Shown here: positions 59,132-64,000 of the stretch, piece by piece
Position numbering within the stretch: the stretch's first letter is position 1
Layout of the letters: each line of letters starts with the position of its first letter
Virus record (IMG/VR): IMGVR_UViG_3300027756_000004
Strand: one strand, 5' to 3'
DNA length: 64,000 bases
Source: a virus
Notes under the pieces: model-generated
What the model was told of the DNA's origin: nothing
The model's database searches: none
What the model saw: only the letters and a program-made list of their open reading frames with translations
Made by a program: the position numbers and the translations under genes

Positions 59132-61990
59132 ATGTCAGTAGGACGTATCTCAGGGCCACTATTACGCAGCAATCTACAACGCTCAGATGATCTTGCATTT
59201 GAAACTGACCTGTTGTACATCAATCACAGTGGCAACAGGATAGGTATTAGGAACGACGCACCAACTAGAACGTTGTTAGTGAATGGCATGACTCGTAACA
59301 ATGCTGGTCTCACAGCCATCAACACTGCCACATTTGGCAACATGCTGTTTCAAAATAGTAGTATATCTGCACAGACTGGTCCTATATCTATTACTTCTGG
59401 TGGCACTATTGCCACTCCAGAATTACGTGTAGGTGATTTGTATTTCAGCAACAATAAATTAGGAACCTATACCACCAACACAAATTTACAATTGCAAGCC
59501 AATCAATCCGGCTATGTTGATATACCCTCAAACGTAGAAGTGTATGGCAGCATCAATGCCACTGGTAACATTGTGGCAGATGGCAACACCGTGATAGGTA
59601 ATGACAGCACAGATTCTTTAATCATAGGAGCAGATATTAATTCCAACATGATACCAGATGTAACCACTACCTACAACATAGGATCATCTGCCAGCAGACA
59701 ATGGGGTGACACATTTGCTCAAACAGGCAGTGTGGCTGGTGATATTGCTGTGAGCAATTTGTTCAGTATTGGAGGCATCACTGTAAATTTACCCATCAAC
59801 AATACCTATTATGTCAGCAGTGGAGGTCTAGACACCAATCCAGGACAGACTGTATCATTTGCCTTTGCCTCAGTGGAGCAAGCTCTATTGGCAGCTACCA
59901 CAGCAGGTGGCAACAATCTAATTATGATCCTGCCTGGTGTGTACACGGAAACTTTTCCTTTGAATATGCCTGCTAATACCACCATCAAAGGCAGCAGTAT
60001 GAGATCAGTAAAAATAATACCCACAACCAGCTCACAAAGTCAGGATGCATTTTTAATGAATGATGGTTGTATGATCAGCGATATCACTGTGTCAAATTTT
60101 TATTACAGCAGTGCTACCAACACAGGACATGCTTTTAGATTCAAGAACAACATCAACATTACATCAAAATCTCCCTATGTACAAAATGTCAGTGTGATCA
60201 CACAAGGATCAGCAACTTCTGCTGGCGATCCCAGAGGTTTCAATGCAGGAGATGCAGGCAAAGGCGCATTGGTGGATGGCAGTGTGGCAAATTCGGCCAG
60301 TAACAAAGCCAGCATGTTGTTCAACGCAGTGACTTTTATTACGCCAGGAGTGGATGCAATCACTATGAAAAACGGCGTGCGAGTGGAATGGATAGATTGT
60401 TTCACATATTTTGCCAATCGCAGTTTGTATGCCATCAACGGGGCCACTGGTTTTGCCAATCTTGGAGTTTTGTTTGGTGCTGAAGTAAGAGTGATTGCCA
60501 GTGCATCTGTGTATGGCAACAAAGGTGCAGAAGCAGACGGCGCTGCAACTTTGATGTATCTGATCAATCACAACATGGCCTATGTGGGATCTGGCAAAGA
60601 TGTGACCAACGATAGAAGTTTAGCCATTCAATCACAGGAAACTGTGGAACTTAACGCGGGAAAAATATATTATCAAAGTCAAGATCATAATGGAAATTTT
60701 AGAGTGGGTGATACATTTTCTGTGGATTTCAACACAGGATTTATAAATCTTGACAATCTTTCAACAGTCACATTCACAGGATCCAGTCTCACAATAGGAC
60801 TGCCTGGTGCACAAACCTTTGTGGATGGGAACAAAATTTTATTGCCTAATTTCACAGTGTCTGGTAACAGCATTAGAAGTGGTATCAATCAAGTGGATAT
60901 TGCATCTGCCAACGGCACTATTAATTTTTTAACCAACACCAACATCATTCAAAATCTTGATGTGTCTGGTAATTTTACCGTGGGTGGCAGTTTAACTAAT
61001 CTAGGTAATCAAGTGTCAGATACCATTGACTTTGAAATGGAATTTGTCAGTGATATTCTACCAGCCACGAATAATCTTTACAATTTAGGATCCAACAGTA
61101 AAAATTGGGACAATGTGTATGCTAGACAATTCAATGTGGGCAATATCACAATGACAGATAATTATATTGCTGCCAATCAAGGCAATCAAAATCTTGTGAT
61201 TCAAGCCAATGGCACAGGCAAAGTGACTGTGGACAATTTGCGATTTGACAGTGTGGTGGACAGTTCAACCGGCAATATCAACATCAATAACAGCACTAGG
61301 AACACTAATTTCTCTGGTAAAGCCATAAAATTACCCGCGGGTAATGCAGCTCAAAGACCTGCTGTGGCTGCTGATTTGCGGTATAATTCAGTGTCAGGAC
61401 AGTTTGAAGGTTACAACACAAATGTGGTGTTGTTGGGCGGTGTGAAAGATTTGGATGGTGACACCAGAATTGAACTCAACAGCGATCAATTTTATTTCTA
61501 TGCCAATGGAGTTAACACTGGAAGAATAGACACTGCAGGCAATTTGATAGTGAATCGTTTTCACAGTCAATCACAATTTGCATTGGACAACAACACAGTC
61601 ACAGTAGGTTCGGCCACTGCAGGCACTGTGGCTGCTTTGACTGCCAACGGCACAGGAGTGGTGCGTTTTGACACCAGCAATTATGTGTTCAACAGTGGCA
61701 GCATACGCAACACAGGCACCAACAGTGACATGCTGTTTCAAATGACAGGTGTACAAAAAGAACAATATGTGCATATGAGTGCCAATGAAAAAGGAATACG
61801 TTTGCCTTATGGAACCACAGCTCAAAGAAATCCTGGAGTGATAGGTGAACTGTACTGGAACACAACCACCAATAATTTGCAGGTGTATGGTGGAGCTGCA
61901 TGGGGCAGCGCATCAGGGGCCAGCGGCACCATAGTGCCTCTGTATCAAGTGGAAGAAATCAACTTGATTTACAATTTAATTCTAGCTTAA
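59132..61990 (+). CDS. Tail fibre / receptor-binding protein with pectate-lyase-like beta-helix region
   Basis: GRISG.LL..NL, YYVSSGG.D, ILPGVYTE, IKGSSMRSV, SPYVQNVS, LP.G..AQR motifs. Confidence 0.75.
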   Translation: MSVGRISGPLLRSNLQRSDDLAFETDLLYINHSGNRIGIRNDAPTRTLLVNGMTRNNAGLTAINTATFGNMLFQNSSISAQTGPISITSGGTIATPELRVGDLYFSNNKLGTYTTNTNLQLQANQSGYVDIPSNVEVYGSINATGNIVADGNTVIGNDSTDSLIIGADINSNMIPDVTTTYNIGSSASRQWGDTFAQTGSVAGDIAVSNLFSIGGITVNLPINNTYYVSSGGLDTNPGQTVSFAFASVEQALLAATTAGGNNLIMILPGVYTETFPLNMPANTTIKGSSMRSVKIIPTTSSQSQDAFLMNDGCMISDITVSNFYYSSATNTGHAFRFKNNINITSKSPYVQNVSVITQGSATSAGDPRGFNAGDAGKGALVDGSVANSASNKASMLFNAVTFITPGVDAITMKNGVRVEWIDCFTYFANRSLYAINGATGFANLGVLFGAEVRVIASASVYGNKGAEADGAATLMYLINHNMAYVGSGKDVTNDRSLAIQSQETVELNAGKIYYQSQDHNGNFRVGDTFSVDFNTGFINLDNLSTVTFTGSSLTIGLPGAQTFVDGNKILLPNFTVSGNSIRSGINQVDIASANGTINFLTNTNIIQNLDVSGNFTVGGSLTNLGNQVSDTIDFEMEFVSDILPATNNLYNLGSNSKNWDNVYARQFNVGNITMTDNYIAANQGNQNLVIQANGTGKVTVDNLRFDSVVDSSTGNININNSTRNTNFSGKAIKLPAGNAAQRPAVAADLRYNSVSGQFEGYNTNVVLLGGVKDLDGDTRIELNSDQFYFYANGVNTGRIDTAGNLIVNRFHSQSQFALDNNTVTVGSATAGTVAALTANGTGVVRFDTSNYVFNSGSIRNTGTNSDMLFQMTGVQKEQYVHMSANEKGIRLPYGTTAQRNPGVIGELYWNTTTNNLQVYGGAAWGSASGASGTIVPLYQVEEINLIYNLILA

Positions 61991-62020
61991 CAGAACTAAA
62001 ACCACCAAAATCAATAAATA

Positions 62021-62148
62021 CAACTAATGCCACAATCCGACCAAGATTGAGCAGGACAAACCGTGGTCAACCAGCGAAGAACCTTTGCATTAAAAAAGGG
62101 TGAAAACTAGGTTGGTGGCACAAGGATGCCCGTTAAAAGGAGAATAGC
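62021..62148 (+). promoter_or_regulatory. Long structured 5' leader after late promoter TAAATA (62015-62020)
   Basis: caatc/gattg, caacc..ggttg, accttt/aaagggt and gccac/gtggc pairings; ends in AAGGAG RBS. Confidence 0.5.
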
Positions 62149-64000
62149 ATGGCCGTTGGTCGAATTTCCGGTCAGCTCTTGAAGGATAACTTGATCCGTT
62201 CCACGCTACCAGTGGCGGAACAAAACATTGCCTTTGAGACTGATCTGTTATATATTGATATAATAAATTCCAGGATCGGTATAAAAACTGCCAGTCCTCA
62301 GTATCCTTTAGACGTTGTAGGAACCATCAGAACCACCAATTTAGAAGTGCCCGGTGTCAGCACCGTAAACAATCTCACTTTGTCTGGATCCAGCATCACC
62401 ACTTCAGCGCCTATTTTATCCCTAGCATCGCCTGACAAAATATTGTACAACAATGCTATCCTAGTGGATGATTTACAAATATCCAACAACACTATTGAAG
62501 TGACCACCAGCAATATGAACCTTGAACTGCGCCCCAATGGCACAGGCATCACTGAAATTTACAGCAATGTGGAAGTGACTGGCAATATACATGCCACTGG
62601 CAGCATCACTGCAGATGGTAACATCACCATAGGAAATCAAAACACTGATAATTTGGTCATCAATGCAGACATAGCCAGCAATATGATTCCCAATGTGACC
62701 GACACATACAATTTGGGCAGTGCAGGAAAAAGATGGAATGAATTTTTCACACAAGATTTAACAGTGGACAACATCACTGTGGGCGGCAACGTCACAGTGG
62801 GTGGATTAGATCTTACATCAGTGCCAGGTAATATTATATACGTGGCCACCAATGGTGATAACGCCAACGCAGGACTGCATCAAAACGATCCAGTGTTAAC
62901 CATACAACAAGCAATCACATTGGCTTCATCAGGAGATCTGATACACATATATCCCGGCACATACACAGAAACGTTTCCCATCACTGTGCCTGTGGGAGTC
63001 ACCATCAAAGGAGAATCTTTGAGATCAGTGTTGATTCAACCCACTGGTGGCACGATTGATCAAAACGCTTTTATATTGAATGGTGAAACCACTATAGAAG
63101 ACCTCACAGTAGCAAATTTCCGTTTCAACTCTGGAGCCAACAGAGGTTATGCTTTTAGATATGCTAGCTCATTCACAGTGACCTCACGTTCACCATACAT
63201 TAGAAATGTTAGTGTGATCACACAAGGATCTGTGACCAGTGGCTCTGATCCTAGAGGTTTCAATGCAGGAGATGCAGGCAAAGGCGCCTATCTAGATGGT
63301 AGTTTGGCCACAGCAGGCAGCAACGAAGCCAGCTGTTTGTTTCAAAATTGCACATTTATAACTCCAGGAGTGGATGCTATAACCATGACCAATGGAGTGA
63401 GAGTGGAGTGGCTAAATTCATTTACATATTTTGCCAATCGTAGTTTGTATGCCATAGATGGAGCCACTGGACTCAAGGGCACAGGTCGCACATTGCTAAA
63501 AGTGGCGGGACTAGCAGGAGCCGCTGTGACAACAGGACAAACTATCACGTACTATGACACGGATAATTCTACAGTGTTGGGCACAGGAACCATTGCCACC
63601 GTGGACAGCAATATATTTTATCTCACAGGCAAAATCACAGGATTTCAAAATGCTGTCAACAGACTGCCTAAAATAATCACAGTCAATGGCAATGCTCAAT
63701 TGAGCACTGCTCAACTGAAATATGGCACAGCCAGTTTATTGTTGGATGGCACAGGTGATTATCTCACTGTATCCACCAATCCAGACTTTGGTTATGCATC
63801 TGGTAATTTTACCATTGAATTCTGGTTAAGACGCACTGCTGTGGGCAATCAAGTGATCATGGATCAAAGGTCAGCAGCAGCACTCAATAATCCTATGATT
63901 CACATTGATGGAGGAGTGCTAAAATATTATGCTGCTGCTGCCAATAGAATCACTGGCGCCACCACTATCAATATCAACACTTGGTATCATGTGGCAGTGT
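62149..64000 (+). CDS. Large tail fibre / receptor-binding protein, paralog of 59132..61990; 3' truncated by the window end, with a LamG/ConA-like domain starting at the end
   Basis: Not in the ORF track. Manual reading from ATG 62149 gives MAVGRISGQLLKDNL..., IYVATNG, IYPGTYTE, SPYIRNVS, then SLLLDGTGDYL...FTIEFWLR...TWYHVAV. Confidence 0.85.
   Translation, partial: MAVGRISGQLLKDNLIRSTLPVAEQNIAFETDLLYIDIINSRIGIKTASPQYPLDVVGTIRTTNLEVPGVSTVNNLTLSGSSITTSAPILSLASPDKILYNNAILVDDLQISNNTIEVTTSNMNLELRPNGTGITEIYSNVEVTGNIHATGSITADGNITIGNQNTDNLVINADIASNMIPNVTDTYNLGSAGKRWNEFFTQDLTVDNITVGGNVTVGGLDLTSVPGNIIYVATNGDNANAGLHQNDPVLTIQQAITLASSGDLIHIYPGTYTETFPITVPVGVTIKGESLRSVLIQPTGGTIDQNAFILNGETTIEDLTVANFRFNSGANRGYAFRYASSFTVTSRSPYIRNVSVITQGSVTSGSDPRGFNAGDAGKGAYLDGSLATAGSNEASCLFQNCTFITPGVDAITMTNGVRVEWLNSFTYFANRSLYAIDGATGLKGTGRTLLKVAGLAGAAVTTGQTITYYDTDNSTVLGTGTIATVDSNIFYLTGKITGFQNAVNRLPKIITVNGNAQLSTAQLKYGTASLLLDGTGDYLTVSTNPDFGYASGNFTIEFWLRRTAVGNQVIMDQRSAAALNNPMIHIDGGVLKYYAAAANRITGATTININTWYHVAV

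Noticed and set aside
62050-62135. c-di-GMP-I riboswitch call for the fibre-gene leader
   Set aside because: Only a superficial resemblance (ggacaaacc); the GNRA/receptor architecture and GCAAA junction were not found
60180-63480. Possible DGR template/variable repeat pair in the fibre genes
   Set aside because: Differences are not confined to adenines, both copies are coding, and no reverse transcriptase is present in the window
315-63714. Numerous antisense or overlapping ORFs in the track (e.g. 9858..10478, 46703..47251, 53019..53537)
   Set aside because: They are shadows of long, motif-bearing genes on the opposite strand or frame, with no motifs or RBS of their own
1-64000. Stop-codon reassignment as in some large phages
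   Set aside because: Genes are intact and tightly packed under the standard code, and TAA, TAG and TGA all end genes

Overview
This window is 64 kb of a large, AT-rich, T4-like (myovirus-type) dsDNA phage genome using the standard genetic code, with dense coding and no tRNA or CRISPR array seen. Left arm (- strand, 1-38348): a contractile-tail baseplate module (gp48/54-, gp53-, hub-, gp5-, PAAR-, gp25- and gp6-like genes, a 4916-aa giant structural protein and several fibre proteins sharing one N-terminal module), then a sigma70-driven cluster of two glycosyltransferase-like paralog pairs and two radical SAM enzymes. Centre: late sigma factor (gp55), gp47/gp46 (Mre11/Rad50), a small basic protein and a stand-alone GIY-YIG nuclease. 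The nuclease is flanked by a palindrome array upstream and a ~300-nt highly structured, pseudoknot-capable non-coding segment downstream. A HemD-like gene and a gp26-like gene with a -1 frameshift signal follow on the - strand. Right arm (+ strand): tape measure, portal, scaffold/protease/major capsid, a HemB gene with its own sigma70 promoter, and fibre-like structural genes. Most notable: the GIY-YIG plus structured RNA/palindrome locus, two dispersed tetrapyrrole-pathway genes (hemB, hemD), the gp26 frameshift, and promoter logic (fixed TAAATA-N5-ATG leaderless late starts, and a late promoter abutting the gp55 early promoter). All product calls come from motif recognition and gene order, not database searches.
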